A stretch of DNA of 64,000 nucleotides from an uncultured Chthonomonadaceae bacterium. Its GTDB lineage: Bacteria > Armatimonadota > Chthonomonadetes > Chthonomonadales > Chthonomonadaceae. The notes under the pieces were generated by a model. It was not told where the DNA came from and did not search any database. It saw nothing but the letters and a program-made list of their open reading frames with translations. Each line of letters opens with the position of its first letter. Within the stretch, counting starts at the first letter, position 1. This document shows positions 63,790 through 64,000 of the stretch, piece after piece. Location: positions 64,001-128,000 of the forward strand of contig CAWIEK010000049.1 in NCBI GenBank assembly GCA_963835065.1. Reading direction: 5' to 3'. A program made the position numbers and the translations under genes.

Positions 63790-64000
63790 ATGCAGCGAGC
63801 AAACAAGAGCATGATTTGTGCGGGAATGGTGTTGGCGGTTGGGGTGATGGTGAGCAGCGTAAGCCAGGCGCAACCGCCCGCGCCTCCTGCCGGCGGGCCG
63901 GGTGGCGCGCCTGGGATGCGTCCGGGGGGTGGCCCTGGCGGACCAGGCGGGCCTGGAGGTGGCGACTTCCGCAAGTGGATGGAGGAGCATCGCAACGTGA
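63790..64000 (+). CDS. Secreted G/P-rich protein, truncated by the window end
   Basis: AAGGAG RBS; MQRANKSMICAGMVLAVGVMVSSVSQAQPP signal peptide. Confidence 0.7.
   Translation, partial: MQRANKSMICAGMVLAVGVMVSSVSQAQPPAPPAGGPGGAPGMRPGGGPGGPGGPGGGDFRKWMEEHRNV

Overview
A 64-kb bacterial chromosomal segment. The gene mix suggests Armatimonadota (inference, no search run): DUF1559-type prepilins, a PEP-CTERM-like protein, DUF1549/1553 and TolC sit beside Terrabacteria-type gap-pgk-tpiA, RqcH and steAB. Housekeeping blocks (gap-pgk-tpiA, efp, accB, accC, folB-nadA, rqcH, an ABC-2 exporter) are interleaved with accessory modules. The first 8.3 kb is a conflict island: barstar plus secreted RNase, AbrB-PIN TA, a PEP-CTERM-like gene, a signal-peptide RHS protein with an unrecognised C-terminal tip, and ParD-ParE. 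Other accessory loci are Uma2, a macrodomain, XisH/XisI, TfoX, an AT-richer GHKL-ATPase/HExxH peptidase fusion, and an orphan minimal nucleotidyltransferase next to a MORN/YD-like putative immunity gene. A steA-steB-GT2-MraY-like envelope operon is present. Intergenic DNA carries many ~90-135-bp palindromes, several built from 7-10-mer tandem units, and similar units are translated in-frame inside proteins. A ~150-bp element occurs twice, 41 kb apart. A Pho-box-like array and a recurrent SigH-like promoter motif are visible. About 14 apparent single-base frameshifts, including one in tpiA, are most likely sequencing errors. No rRNA, tRNA, CRISPR array or intact transposase was seen. Family names come from motif recognition only.
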